A stretch of 64,000 nucleotides of DNA from Candidatus Cloacimonadota bacterium (GTDB lineage Bacteria; Cloacimonadota; Cloacimonadia; Cloacimonadales; TCS61). Positions 17,134 through 26,925 of the stretch are shown piece after piece. Location: assembly GCA_030445745.1 (NCBI GenBank), contig JASUTE010000001.1, positions 7,664-71,663 of the forward strand, read 5' to 3'. The notes under the pieces were generated by a model. The model was not told where the DNA came from. It saw only the letters and a program-made list of their open reading frames with translations, and did not search any database. The position numbers and the translations under genes were made by a program. Positions within the stretch are counted from its first letter, which is position 1. Every line of letters begins with the position of its first letter.

Positions 17134-18918
17134 GTGGCTAACAACAAGATGATAAAGTTATGGATCGATAATAAAGAAGTGGAAGTTCCAGAAGGAACAA
17201 CTATTCTGTCTGCTGCCCAAAAAGCAGATATTCACATTCCTACTTTATGTTATCATCCCGACCTGGAACCGTCAGCAAATTGCGGTGTTTGTGTAGTGGA
17301 AATCGAGGGACAACCAGTTCCTAAGCGTTCTTGCTGCACACCTGTTTGGGAAGGAATGAAAGTGACTTCCAACAGCGTAAAACTACGTCACCTGAGAAAA
17401 ACATTGGTGGAAATGGTACTTTCCAACCACGATGTGGTTTGCCCCACATGCAATCAAAATAACAAATGTGAATTGCAAGATCTAGCCTATCTTTTGGGTG
17501 TAGATGATTCCAGATTACCCAAAATATTGGAAAAGAAACCGATAGATGATGCTGGATTCTCTATTGTTCGCGATCCCAATAAATGTATCTCTTGCGGTCG
17601 CTGTATTACCGTGTGCCAGCAAGTTCAAACTGTTAACGCCCTCACCATTAACGGACGTGGCTTTGATGGCACCGTGACCACTCCGTTCGATAAAGGAATG
17701 AGTGAAAGCCCCTGTGTGAATTGTGGACAGTGTGTTGTTTATTGCCCTGTTGGTGCCTTGCGCGAAAAAAGTAATACCGAAGAGGTTTGGGATGCACTTT
17801 TGGATGATGATAAATATGTTGTAGTTCAGGAAGCTCCTGCTATTCGTGCTACTTTGGGTGAAGAATTCGGTATGGATCCTGAAAAGGTAACTGTTGGTAA
17901 AATGTATGCTGCTCTTAGAAAATTGGGATTTGACCGGGTATTCGATACCAACTTCAGTGCCGATCTGACAATTATGGAAGAGGGAACAGAACTTATTACT
18001 CGCTTAAAAGAAGGGGGTAAATTACCTCTTATTACTTCTTGTTCTCCAGGTTGGATCAAGTTTATGGAAACCTATTTCCCCGGAATAGCAGAAAACGTTT
18101 CTACCTGTAAATCTCCGCAGCAGATGTTTGGAGCTTTGGTAAAAACATATTTTGCCGAAAAAGAAGATTTGGATCCAGCCAAAATAGTCTCTGTTTCTAT
18201 TATGCCCTGTACAGCTAAGAAATTTGAGGCTAATAGACCCGAGATGAAAGATTCTGGATATCAGGATGTGGATTATGTTCTTACTACTAGAGAATTTGTG
18301 AAGATGATAAAAGAAGCTGGCATCGATTTTAAAAACCTGCCAGAGGAAAAAGCAGATGATTTAATGGGTGCTTACACAGGAGCTGGCACTATCTTTGGTG
18401 CTACCGGTGGAGTGATGGAAGCTGCTGTTAGAACAGCTTACTATGTGCTAACCGGTAGAGAAATGGATAACTTGAATGTGGAAGCTGTGCGCGGGATGAA
18501 AGGTGTGAAAGAAGCTTCACTAACTATTCCTACTAAAGATTTGGGTGAAGTCAGCCTCAATGTGGCAGTTGCCCATGGTTTAGGAAATGCCCGCAAGCTG
18601 ATGGAAAAAGTAGTTTCCGGCGAAAAAGAATATCACTTTATCGAAGTGATGGCTTGCCCTGGTGGTTGTGTAGGCGGTGGCGGACAGCCCTTCGGTTCTA
18701 GTTTGGCCGATCGAGCCCGTCGTGGAATGAGCCTGTACAAAGAAGATTCCGATTTGCCTCTGCGCTGTTCACATCAGAACCCAGCCGTTAATAAAGCATA
18801 TGAAAGCTATCTGGGAGAGCCTAATTCTGAAAAAGCGCATAAATTATTGCATACTTATTACTTCCAGCGTTCCACAGCCAATGGCCAGACCCAAAAAGAA
18901 GTGACCCATAAACACTAA
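17134..18918 (+). CDS. hydA: [FeFe]-hydrogenase catalytic subunit HydA (M3-type: [2Fe-2S] + His-ligated and two ferredoxin-type [4Fe-4S] + H-domain)
   Basis: The H-cluster motifs are 'TSCSPGW', 'MPCTAKKFE' and 'EVMACPGGCVGGGGQP'. The F-cluster motifs are 'CISCGRCITVC' and 'CVNCGQCVVYCP'. The GTG start lies 8 nt after AGGAGG. Confidence 0.93.
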   Translation: MANNKMIKLWIDNKEVEVPEGTTILSAAQKADIHIPTLCYHPDLEPSANCGVCVVEIEGQPVPKRSCCTPVWEGMKVTSNSVKLRHLRKTLVEMVLSNHDVVCPTCNQNNKCELQDLAYLLGVDDSRLPKILEKKPIDDAGFSIVRDPNKCISCGRCITVCQQVQTVNALTINGRGFDGTVTTPFDKGMSESPCVNCGQCVVYCPVGALREKSNTEEVWDALLDDDKYVVVQEAPAIRATLGEEFGMDPEKVTVGKMYAALRKLGFDRVFDTNFSADLTIMEEGTELITRLKEGGKLPLITSCSPGWIKFMETYFPGIAENVSTCKSPQQMFGALVKTYFAEKEDLDPAKIVSVSIMPCTAKKFEANRPEMKDSGYQDVDYVLTTREFVKMIKEAGIDFKNLPEEKADDLMGAYTGAGTIFGATGGVMEAAVRTAYYVLTGREMDNLNVEAVRGMKGVKEASLTIPTKDLGEVSLNVAVAHGLGNARKLMEKVVSGEKEYHFIEVMACPGGCVGGGGQPFGSSLADRARRGMSLYKEDSDLPLRCSHQNPAVNKAYESYLGEPNSEKAHKLLHTYYFQRSTANGQTQKEVTHKH

Positions 18919-18943
18919 ACTATAAAAACAATAGTAATGAAAG

Positions 18944-18970
18944 GGAGATCTGAATAAGGTCTCCTTTTTT
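18944..18970 (+). terminator. Rho-independent terminator of the hydrogenase operon
   Basis: The stem GGAGATC/GGTCTCC (one G-U pair) has a 7-nt loop and is followed by TTTTTT. Confidence 0.75.
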
Positions 18971-19145
18971 GTATTGCTACATTTTAAATTTGACATCTAA
19001 TTAAAAAAAAATAATTTAGTCTTGAATATATCTAGTCTTTTGCAGAAATTGGAAAAGACCGGAAAAGTTGATTAAACCTAAGATGAAGGAGGATTCTGAC
19101 ATCAAGGGAAAGAGACTATCTTTCACCTTTTGATGCCATTATATT

Positions 19146-19400
19146 ATGGATAAGAAATTTCATTCTGTAACCATTACTGTTTACGACAGGCAAAAAGCCT
19201 TTCCACACGTAAGTGAACTGTTACACAAATATGCCGAACACATTCGCTTGCGGGTAGGTTATCCTATGAAAGAACACAATGTAGCCGTCATTTTTATTAT
19301 TATTGAATTAACCAACGATGAATTGGGTGCATTCAGTGGCCGTTTAGGCCAGGTGCGCTCGGTAAAGGTGAATTCCACCACTTTAAAATTAGAAAGGTAG
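19146..19400 (+). CDS. TM1266-type putative iron-only hydrogenase system regulator (ACT/NikR-C-like small protein)
   Basis: The 84-aa ORF contains 'VTITVYDRQKAF..V.ELLHKY...I.LRVGYP......AVIFIIIE.TNDELGAFSGRLGQV..VKV', matching my recollection of this family. It lies directly upstream of hydG, as is typical. Confidence 0.65.
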   Translation: MDKKFHSVTITVYDRQKAFPHVSELLHKYAEHIRLRVGYPMKEHNVAVIFIIIELTNDELGAFSGRLGQVRSVKVNSTTLKLER

Positions 19401-19407
19401 CAAAGTT

Positions 19408-20796
19408 ATGCAAAAATCATTTATCCCCACCCAAAAAATAAACGAACTGTTGGAACAAAGCAAACAGCCTTCCAAACAGCAGGTAGAAGAAATTTTGGCA
19501 AAATCGAAATCGAAACAAAGATTGGAAATGGCAGAAACTGCTGCACTTTTGAATCTACAAGATCCGGAATTATTGCAAAAGATCTTTACAACGGCACACG
19601 AGCTGAAAGAGGAGATGTATGGCAATCGCATCGTGATGTTTGCCCCACTGTATGTAGGTAACGAATGTGTGAACGACTGCGTGTACTGCGGATTTAGGAT
19701 TTCCAACAAAAATTGTTTCCGTAAAACCCTGAGTAAAGAAGAACTGATAAACGAAACCCAAGCTTTGGAAAAACGTGGTCATAAACGTCTGATAATGGTG
19801 TATGGCGAACATCCCATGTACTCTCCCGAATATATTGCTGATACAGTTCATACAGTTTATAATACCAAGATAGGAAATGGCGAAATTCGCCGGGTGAACA
19901 TCAATGCAGCACCTATGGATGTGGAAGGCTACAAAGTAGTTAAAGATATTGGAATTGGTACCTACCAGATCTTCCAGGAAACCTATCATGAACCAACTTA
20001 CAAAAAGATTCATCCCAGCGGACCTAAAAGTGATTTTTTGTGGCGTCTTTATGGGTTAGATAGAGCTATGCAGGCTGGGATAGACGATTTAGGAATCGGT
20101 GCACTTCTGGGTCTGCACGATTGGCGTTTTGAAGTAATGGGATTGCTGGCACATACTATTCATTTGGAAGAACGTTTTGGAGTAGGGCCACACACTATCT
20201 CCTTCCCACGCATAGAACCTGCTAATGGAACCGATTGGGCGGACAATCCACCCGCTCCGATAAGCGATGAAGATTTTATGAAGTTAGTAGCTATCATCAG
20301 GCTTTCTGTGCCCTATACTGGCATGATTCTTACAGCTCGTGAGCCAGCTGAGATCCGCAATAAAATAATCCCTTTGGGTTGTTCGCAAATAGATGCTGGT
20401 TCCAGCATAGGCATTGGCGAATACTCTCAGAATGATAAAGAATCGTTCAAGAAAAGCCAATTTATTCTAGGAGATCAACGTAGTTTAGACCAAGTAGTGC
20501 GCGAGCTATGCCAAGCCGGATTTTTACCTTCCTGGTGTACTGCCTGCTATCGTTTAGGAAGAACTGGCGAAAACTTTATGAAATATTCCAAACCTGGTGA
20601 TATTAAATCTTTCTGTCATCCCAATGCTATCCTTACTTTCTCGGAATATCTCATCGATTATGCCACCCCTGAAACCAAAAAGGTTGGTTTGGCAATGGTA
20701 GAACGCGAAATTGCTAAAATTCCCGCTTCCTTCCGCGGTGAAGTTGAAAAAAATGTAGAAAAGTTGAAAAATGGTGAACGAGATCTCTATTTCTAA
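19408..20796 (+). CDS. hydG: [FeFe]-hydrogenase maturase HydG (radical-SAM tyrosine lyase)
   Basis: The radical-SAM motif is 'CVNDCVYCGF'. The product is ThiH-like in length, at 462 aa. The C-terminal cluster motif is 'SWCTACYRLGRTGENFM'. Confidence 0.9.
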   Translation: MQKSFIPTQKINELLEQSKQPSKQQVEEILAKSKSKQRLEMAETAALLNLQDPELLQKIFTTAHELKEEMYGNRIVMFAPLYVGNECVNDCVYCGFRISNKNCFRKTLSKEELINETQALEKRGHKRLIMVYGEHPMYSPEYIADTVHTVYNTKIGNGEIRRVNINAAPMDVEGYKVVKDIGIGTYQIFQETYHEPTYKKIHPSGPKSDFLWRLYGLDRAMQAGIDDLGIGALLGLHDWRFEVMGLLAHTIHLEERFGVGPHTISFPRIEPANGTDWADNPPAPISDEDFMKLVAIIRLSVPYTGMILTAREPAEIRNKIIPLGCSQIDAGSSIGIGEYSQNDKESFKKSQFILGDQRSLDQVVRELCQAGFLPSWCTACYRLGRTGENFMKYSKPGDIKSFCHPNAILTFSEYLIDYATPETKKVGLAMVEREIAKIPASFRGEVEKNVEKLKNGERDLYF

Positions 20797-21028
20797 AGAG
20801 CTAAAAGATTTTCTGCAGCAGTTGCAAATAGAGCATCATTTGGGAAATATCTGGCTAGCGAAAAAATATAATAAGCGCTGGGATTACATCTTTGGTTTTC
20901 ATTCACGCTTGCCGGTGCCTACTAAATTATTGTTAATAAAACCTGAACTAGCGCTATTTATCGACCAAGATGCCAAGCTACCGGAAGCAGAAGTTTTAGC
21001 TAAAATAGAGGAAATGCTAGATGAATAA
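20771..21028 (+). CDS. Hypothetical 85-aa protein filling the hydG-hydE junction (hydX-like position)
   Basis: The ORF is open with an ATG 26 nt inside the hydG 3' end, and its stop overlaps the hydE start by 8 nt. I recognise no motifs and the RBS is weak. Confidence 0.45.
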   Translation: MVNEISISKELKDFLQQLQIEHHLGNIWLAKKYNKRWDYIFGFHSRLPVPTKLLLIKPELALFIDQDAKLPEAEVLAKIEEMLDE

Positions 21029-22097
21029 ATGGAACAAACTAGATAAAAAAAACATGGTAAAGCTTTTGCTAAGTGAAGACAAAACAGTTTTAACAGAATT
21101 GCAACAGGCAGCCTATAAGGTAAAAAATCGCGAGGTGGGCAATAAGGTCTTTTATCGTGGTATTATCGAGTTCAGCAACATTTGCAGCAAAAATTGTTAT
21201 TATTGCGGTATACGCAAAGGTAACCAGCAGGTAAAACGTTTTCGCATGCAGCCGCAAGAGATTTTGGAGTGTGCTGAATTTGCCTGGAAACAGAACTACG
21301 GTTCGTTGGTGTTGCAGTCTGGAGAGCGCACTGATAGTGAATTTGTAGACTTTGTGGAAGATATATTGCTGCGTATAAAAAAGATGAGCAATAATGAACT
21401 GGGAATTACCCTTAGCTTAGGCGAGCAAAGCGAAGAAACCTATCGCCGCTGGTTCCAAGCTGGCGCACATCGTTACCTGTTGCGTATAGAAACTAGTAAC
21501 AGCCAGCTTTACCGGACTTTGCATCCCCAAGACCACGATTTCGATTATCGTTTTGAATGCCTAAAAATTCTGGCAAAATTGGGATATCAGGTAGGGACCG
21601 GTGTGATGATCGGTCTGCCAGGGCAAACAGCCGAAATGTTGGCCGATGATATCATTTTTTTCCAGGAAAACGACATCGATATGATCGGCATGGGGCCATA
21701 TATTCCCCATAAACAAACGCCACTTGCTTCCCAGGCCAAAAATTGGAATAAGCAAAAACAGCTACAGCTGGGTTTAAAGATGATAGCTCTAGCTAGGTTG
21801 TATTTACAAGATGTTAACATTGCCGCTACTACTGCGCTGCAGGCATTGCATCCCGAAGGACGTGAATTTGGCTTACAGGCCGGCGCTAATGTGATAATGC
21901 CTAATATAACCCATACCAAATACCGCGATAGCTATAAGCTTTACGATGGTAAACCATGCACAAATGAAAATGCTAGAATGTGTCGGGTTTGTTTGGAAGG
22001 GCGTATTGGCAAGATCGGAGAGGAAATTGGCTACAATATGTGGGGAGATTCTCCACATTTCAAGAAAAAACAAAAGCAGGAGAGGAAAGATGCCTAA
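21021..22097 (+). CDS. hydE: [FeFe]-hydrogenase maturase HydE (radical SAM, BioB-like)
   Basis: The radical-SAM motif is 'CSKNCYYCGIRKGN' in a 358-aa product. It lies between hydG and hydF. Confidence 0.88.
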   Translation: MNKWNKLDKKNMVKLLLSEDKTVLTELQQAAYKVKNREVGNKVFYRGIIEFSNICSKNCYYCGIRKGNQQVKRFRMQPQEILECAEFAWKQNYGSLVLQSGERTDSEFVDFVEDILLRIKKMSNNELGITLSLGEQSEETYRRWFQAGAHRYLLRIETSNSQLYRTLHPQDHDFDYRFECLKILAKLGYQVGTGVMIGLPGQTAEMLADDIIFFQENDIDMIGMGPYIPHKQTPLASQAKNWNKQKQLQLGLKMIALARLYLQDVNIAATTALQALHPEGREFGLQAGANVIMPNITHTKYRDSYKLYDGKPCTNENARMCRVCLEGRIGKIGEEIGYNMWGDSPHFKKKQKQERKDA

Positions 22098-23292
22098 AGC
22101 ACCCCGAGGTGTTAGAACTATAATAGCCCTCACAGGTCGCCGAAATGCTGGAAAATCTTCTTTGATAAATGCCATAACCAACCAGGATATCGCAATAGTA
22201 TCAGCTACCCCGGGAACGACCACAGATCCGGTAGCAAAATCTTATGAACTAATTCCTATAGGACCGGTTACTTTTTACGATACCGGCGGAATCGATGACA
22301 TTGGCGAACTGGGCGAAAAACGGATAAAATCTACCAATAAGATCTTATGGCGCACCGATATCGCTGTGGTGGTTATAGATGATAAAGGTATTACTGCCGA
22401 TGATAAAAAACTAATCGAAAAGATCGATAAATTGGATATTCCCAATCTTATAATTTTCAACAAGATAGATATTGTTCTACCTGCTAAGCAAGATTTGGAA
22501 TTTTGTAAACAGCATAACTTGAACTATTGCTTGGTTTCTGCTTCCCAAGGGCAAGGTGTGGAAGAAGCTAGAAAAAAACTGGTGGAATTAGCTCCCGAGC
22601 ATCTAAAAAAAGAACGCTCTTTAGCTGGTGACCTCATAGAAAAAGGTTCTGTGCTCATGCTGGTTACACCCATCGATCTTTCAGCTCCCAAAGGCAGGCT
22701 TATTCTTCCCCAGGTGCAAATGCTGCGCGAAATTTTAGACAACAACGGAATAGCAATTACTATAAAGGAATCGGAAATAGAGGAAGCTTGGGCAGCTTTG
22801 GCTAAAAAACCCGATCTGGTCATTACTGATTCCCAGGCGATAGAAGTGGTGAATCAAAAAATACCACAGCATATTGCAGTTACCACTTTTTCTATACTCT
22901 TTGCCCGCTATAAAGGCGATTTACCAACTTTATATGAAGGCGCCGAAACTATCGATAAATTGCAGGATAACGATAAAATTCTAATTGCCGAGACTTGTTC
23001 GCATAACGTGCAATGCGATGATATTGGCAGATTTAAAATTCCAAACTGGTTGCATAAATATACTGGCAAAAAATTCCAATTTGAAGTAGCAGCTGGCCAC
23101 GATTTTCCCGAAGATCTGGAAAAGTATAAACTGATAATTCACTGTGGTGGCTGCATGATAAACCGTACCGAAATGGGTCGGCGTATTTTAGAAGCTAAAA
23201 GGCGTGGAGTTCCTATTACAAATTATGGCATCGCCATTTCCAAATTGAATGGTGTGCTGAATAGAACTATAAAACCTTTTGACTTGGGATAA
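22090..23292 (+). CDS. hydF: [FeFe]-hydrogenase maturase GTPase HydF
   Basis: The ATG at 22090 overlaps the hydE stop (ATGCCTAA). The G1 motif is 'GRRNAGKSSLINA'. The C-terminal cluster motifs are 'CSHNVQC' and 'HCGGC'. The track start at 21946 is an out-of-frame overlap with hydE and is not used. Confidence 0.9.
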   Translation: MPKAPRGVRTIIALTGRRNAGKSSLINAITNQDIAIVSATPGTTTDPVAKSYELIPIGPVTFYDTGGIDDIGELGEKRIKSTNKILWRTDIAVVVIDDKGITADDKKLIEKIDKLDIPNLIIFNKIDIVLPAKQDLEFCKQHNLNYCLVSASQGQGVEEARKKLVELAPEHLKKERSLAGDLIEKGSVLMLVTPIDLSAPKGRLILPQVQMLREILDNNGIAITIKESEIEEAWAALAKKPDLVITDSQAIEVVNQKIPQHIAVTTFSILFARYKGDLPTLYEGAETIDKLQDNDKILIAETCSHNVQCDDIGRFKIPNWLHKYTGKKFQFEVAAGHDFPEDLEKYKLIIHCGGCMINRTEMGRRILEAKRRGVPITNYGIAISKLNGVLNRTIKPFDLG

Positions 23293-23347
23293 TAAATGGT
23301 TGACGCACAACCGCTTGCAGGCAAATTGCCAAGAGAAAGGATGATTT

Positions 23348-23644
23348 ATGGAACTTACTGGTAAACAAAAAGCATATTTAAAAGGCATTGGAAACGGGCT
23401 GGACGATATAGTGAAAGTAGGCAGTAATGGAATAACGAAGAGCGTAATAAAAAGTTTGGATGAAGCACTTACAGCGCGCGAATTGGTGAAAGTATCGGTA
23501 AATAGCCACGAGCGAGATTATCGTAAAAAGGCTGTAGAAGAATTGGTTTTGCAAACTGGCGCCAAATTGGTAAGTATTAAAGGAAAAGCAGCGCTAATTT
23601 TCCGAGAAAATCCGGAAAATAGACAAATTTCCGATAAACTTTAA
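23348..23644 (+). CDS. yhbY: YhbY-like CRM-domain RNA-binding protein (ribosome assembly)
   Basis: The 98-aa ORF contains 'LTGKQKAYLKGIGNGL..IVKVGSNGIT..V...LDEAL.ARELVKV', typical of YhbY. Confidence 0.8.
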   Translation: MELTGKQKAYLKGIGNGLDDIVKVGSNGITKSVIKSLDEALTARELVKVSVNSHERDYRKKAVEELVLQTGAKLVSIKGKAALIFRENPENRQISDKL

Positions 23645-24069
23645 AGTTTTTTTATCATTTTTTGATGCTGCAAGGTAATCTCTTGGAAAGGTTTACCGTG
23701 TTTTTGGTATCCCAGTTTTTCATAGAACCCGACTACGTTTTGTCTAGAATGAAGAATTATTTCCTGATAACCGTTTTCACGAGCAATTTCTTCAGCCCGT
23801 TGTACCAATTTTTTCCCTAGACCTTGATTTTGGAAAAGAGGAAGTACAGCTAATTGTCTTAAACGCACTGTTTGCAGGGATTTTGGTGACAAAACAACAC
23901 AGCCCAGCAGTACATCTTCCGAAAAAAGTCCCAGGTGGATGTCGTTTCGTTCTTGTTGCAGTTCTTTTATGGAAAATTCCAATCCTAAAGGTGTTCTTAA
24001 CAGATTTTGCCGTAATTTTACTGCTTCCCAGTAGTTAATGCTGAAATGTTCTATTTTTTTTATCTTCAT
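23641..24069 (-). CDS. GNAT-family N-acetyltransferase
   Basis: The 142-aa ORF has the acetyl-CoA motif 'RQLAVLPLFQNQGLGKKLVQRAEEIA'. Confidence 0.8.
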   Translation of the reverse strand: MKIKKIEHFSINYWEAVKLRQNLLRTPLGLEFSIKELQQERNDIHLGLFSEDVLLGCVVLSPKSLQTVRLRQLAVLPLFQNQGLGKKLVQRAEEIARENGYQEIILHSRQNVVGFYEKLGYQKHGKPFQEITLQHQKMIKKL

Positions 24070-26594
24070 TGTACTAATTTTAAGATATAATTTATTGTAC
24101 CCAAATCGAAATCTTTATTGGAAAAGATAACTTCATTTTCGCGGTTCAATAAAAATAGAAGGGGAAAACTACTTTCAGTCTGTTTAATTTCAACCAGTTG
24201 CTTGGAAGTAATAACATCAAAACTGTCTTCATAACCAGTTTTTTGGAGTGTTGACTGCACCAGCAAAGTGCCATATTTATGGAATTTTTCTCTTTTTTGG
24301 GTTAGTTGTTCCAGAATTCTGAGCTCGGTTTCGCCGCCATTCCCACTCGAAATGAAATAAAGATAATATTCACTATCATCCAGGTTAGAATTAAACGTAA
24401 TTAGCTTTTCCAGGTCTTGTCCCTGCCAAATTTCATCTAAATAGACTTTGGGAGTTACCAGGGTCAAAGTTATATGAGAACTATTTCCTACTTTTTTTAC
24501 ACTGATATTGGCATCGCCGTTGGCATTTCGTACCAAACCTTCTAAATAATAGTCCACATTGGGTTTGTGTAAATAGGAAGCCACAAAATCCAAACTATCG
24601 TTTTCTCCCTCTAAAAAGGTATAACCAATTGCACTATTGCCAGTTTGACTGCAGAGTAGAAAATTTTCCCAGGGAGCAGCTTTTACCTTTTGCTTATCCA
24701 CAAAAATAGAGATACGCAACTGACGTGTTTCTCCTTCATCCTTTTGCTCAGTGACCACGACAGGTTCAAAATGCTTGCCATCGAAATATTCCAGTCGGGC
24801 TTGCCAGCGCACCGGTACTCCCAAAAGCTTCAAACTATTACCAATAAGCCTGTTTTGATAGGACTCGGGTATGTTTTTCATATTCAAGATCTGTAGCGGA
24901 TTCAAACAGCCAGAAAAATAGTTCCAATACCAGTCTTCATCTATGTCGGTGTTGTTTTTTACCCAGTTAACCACATTTTGCTTGGTTTGGTTCAGGTTGG
25001 AAGTTGCCAGCGGTGCAATTTTATCGTAAAATTCTTGTTGCCAACCATTTTGTGGCGGGTCAGTTTGTTTGCGAGTGTGGCCAATTACATGTTTCACAAA
25101 AATAGAATCCGGAATCTGCTGGGCAAAACGTGTTTTTGCCTGATTATAGATATCTGCTATTTGTAAAATAGTTGTGCTGTCTGGAATTTCCACCAAATCT
25201 TTAATATCCCACTGCTGCAGCATGTGCAAGATCATTTTGGGATGGTTGGTATTATTTAAAGCTGTAATGAAATCGTCTGTATTTGCTGCTAGCTCCTTGG
25301 TTTTTTCCAAAAAAGCAGCTCTTGTTTGTCTATAGTCAGCATTTTTGGTAGCAGCGAACTCTTCATCATAGAAATTTAAGAAGGGAATTATATTCTGTTG
25401 CTCTAATAATCTAATTTTACGAGCTTGTTTTCGTATTTTTCTTCTGAGATAAAATTCTTCACCCAGAATTTCTACATTGGCATAGGGATTGGGTTTGTCG
25501 TCTGGTAGCAGGAATTTCATATCAAAATTGGTGTCAGCCAGATTTTTTTGTAGTTTTAGCTCTACCGAACTGCTATCGATAGTGCAAAGCATATTGCCAG
25601 CTATTAAGCTATCTTTATGAGCTGTGATGTACACGGTTCCTTTTCCCAATGGGAACTGGGCTCTACCATTTTCATCGGTTTGGAAGCTGGCTATAGGGAA
25701 CAGGCCGCCCCAGGAAGCTGCATACAGATAAACATCTGCTTCAGCAGCTGGCTTGCCGTCAGCGGTGCTTACACTAAAATTGCACATTACTGGCTGAGTA
25801 TAATATTCTATGGAGCTAAGGATAGTACTATTGTTCTCTTGCTTTATAGTATTGTGACTGTTATAGTTTCCCTGAGCGTAAGAAGTGATAAGAACAGCAC
25901 GCTGAGTAGTTTTGCTGAACCAAGTACGATTGGGAGAATTTTCTGCTTCTCCCAGATATTTCCAACCTTCAGGTGTCCAAAATTCCACCCAGGCATGGTT
26001 GTTGTCCATAAAGCTCCAATATGGAGCACTGGTGGGGCGGGCTGGGATGCCTACAGCGCGTGCTGCTGCTATGTAGATTATCATCTGTTCTTCGCAACGG
26101 CCATAACCGCGCTTAATGGTGGTAAGCGGAGCTTGATCACGGCCATGGGTTTGTTTGAAGCTCATCTGCTCAGTTACCCACAAATTTACCAAGATAGCTG
26201 CTTTCTCGATATCGGTTTCAGCTTCCACCAGAGGTTTCAACTCTTGGTAAAATTTCTTGCGCCAATTTTGCAAAGGTTCTTGCGAAATACGATAGGGAAG
26301 CACAAAGTGCTGAAAAATTTTATCATTGTATTGGGAAGTATAGGGGAATTGCCTTGCTTGTAATGCTAATTCCACATTTTCCTGCAGAAATTCTGTGGTA
26401 AGAACAGCTAAATCATTAGGACTTGCATTTTCCAATAAAAAATAGAGGTCGCTATTTTCATTTGTTTGGGAAAGCAATTCTAAAAGTTTGTCTGAATTTT
26501 CCCCAGCATATTTTTCTAAACGAGTTTGCAAAGCGTTTTGTGCAAATAAAAGAGTAGTTATTCCCAATAATAATAAAACAAATATTCTTTTCAT
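24066..26594 (-). CDS. Secreted transglutaminase-like domain protein (large)
   Basis: The ATG at 26594 follows GGGAG. The signal peptide is MKRIFVLLLLGITTLLFAQ. The transglutaminase core is 'GYGRCEEQMIIYIAAARAVGIPAR...NHAWVEFW'. Confidence 0.75.
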   Translation of the reverse strand: MKRIFVLLLLGITTLLFAQNALQTRLEKYAGENSDKLLELLSQTNENSDLYFLLENASPNDLAVLTTEFLQENVELALQARQFPYTSQYNDKIFQHFVLPYRISQEPLQNWRKKFYQELKPLVEAETDIEKAAILVNLWVTEQMSFKQTHGRDQAPLTTIKRGYGRCEEQMIIYIAAARAVGIPARPTSAPYWSFMDNNHAWVEFWTPEGWKYLGEAENSPNRTWFSKTTQRAVLITSYAQGNYNSHNTIKQENNSTILSSIEYYTQPVMCNFSVSTADGKPAAEADVYLYAASWGGLFPIASFQTDENGRAQFPLGKGTVYITAHKDSLIAGNMLCTIDSSSVELKLQKNLADTNFDMKFLLPDDKPNPYANVEILGEEFYLRRKIRKQARKIRLLEQQNIIPFLNFYDEEFAATKNADYRQTRAAFLEKTKELAANTDDFITALNNTNHPKMILHMLQQWDIKDLVEIPDSTTILQIADIYNQAKTRFAQQIPDSIFVKHVIGHTRKQTDPPQNGWQQEFYDKIAPLATSNLNQTKQNVVNWVKNNTDIDEDWYWNYFSGCLNPLQILNMKNIPESYQNRLIGNSLKLLGVPVRWQARLEYFDGKHFEPVVVTEQKDEGETRQLRISIFVDKQKVKAAPWENFLLCSQTGNSAIGYTFLEGENDSLDFVASYLHKPNVDYYLEGLVRNANGDANISVKKVGNSSHITLTLVTPKVYLDEIWQGQDLEKLITFNSNLDDSEYYLYFISSGNGGETELRILEQLTQKREKFHKYGTLLVQSTLQKTGYEDSFDVITSKQLVEIKQTESSFPLLFLLNRENEVIFSNKDFDLGTINYILKLVQ

Positions 26595-26925
26595 GTAATC
26601 TCCCACTAACTTAATACTGCCAAAAAAGCTCTAAGCAGAAAATATGCAAGCAAAATTACAAAGATAAACTCGATAAGTTTGACTTTTAGCAGGGAATATT
26701 TTTTTAGGGAGAGAAAGGAATAAGAGGTATGAGGGAATATTTGGCAAATAAGGAAGTAACAACTGCAGAGTTGATCTCTGTTTTATAAAGTGGAGTTTGG
26801 AATAAGGATCAGCAGATTATATTGTTCCAGGAGCTTTGAATCTAGTAAAATTTGGTATAAAAGCTGATTTTGGCGAGTATGTAGAATCCAATGTATGGAT
26901 CGAGTATAAGCTGGAAGGATAGTAA

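Noticed and set aside
18990-19145. I considered a possible SAM or other riboswitch in the leader of the TM1266-regulator/hydG (radical SAM) operon. A compound hairpin lies at 19100-19135 (CATCAAGG-GAAAGA...TCTTTC-CC-TTGATG).
   Set aside because: I could not find the conserved cores of the SAM-I/II/III riboswitch classes as I remember them. The hairpin has no U-tail and is not obviously part of an alternative terminator/antiterminator pair. It is kept only as an unexplained stem-loop 10 nt before the start codon.
21946-22089. The six-frame track gives a long N-terminal extension of hydF (start at 21946).
   Set aside because: The extension overlaps the hydE 3' end for 150 nt in another frame and has no GTPase-related sequence. 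The ATG at 22090 gives the canonical HydF N-terminus (G1 motif within 20 aa) and an ATGCCTAA overlap with the hydE stop.
25617-26363. A 248-aa ORF lies antisense to the transglutaminase-like gene.
   Set aside because: It lies entirely within a longer ORF that has a signal peptide and a recognisable catalytic core. It shows no RBS or motifs.
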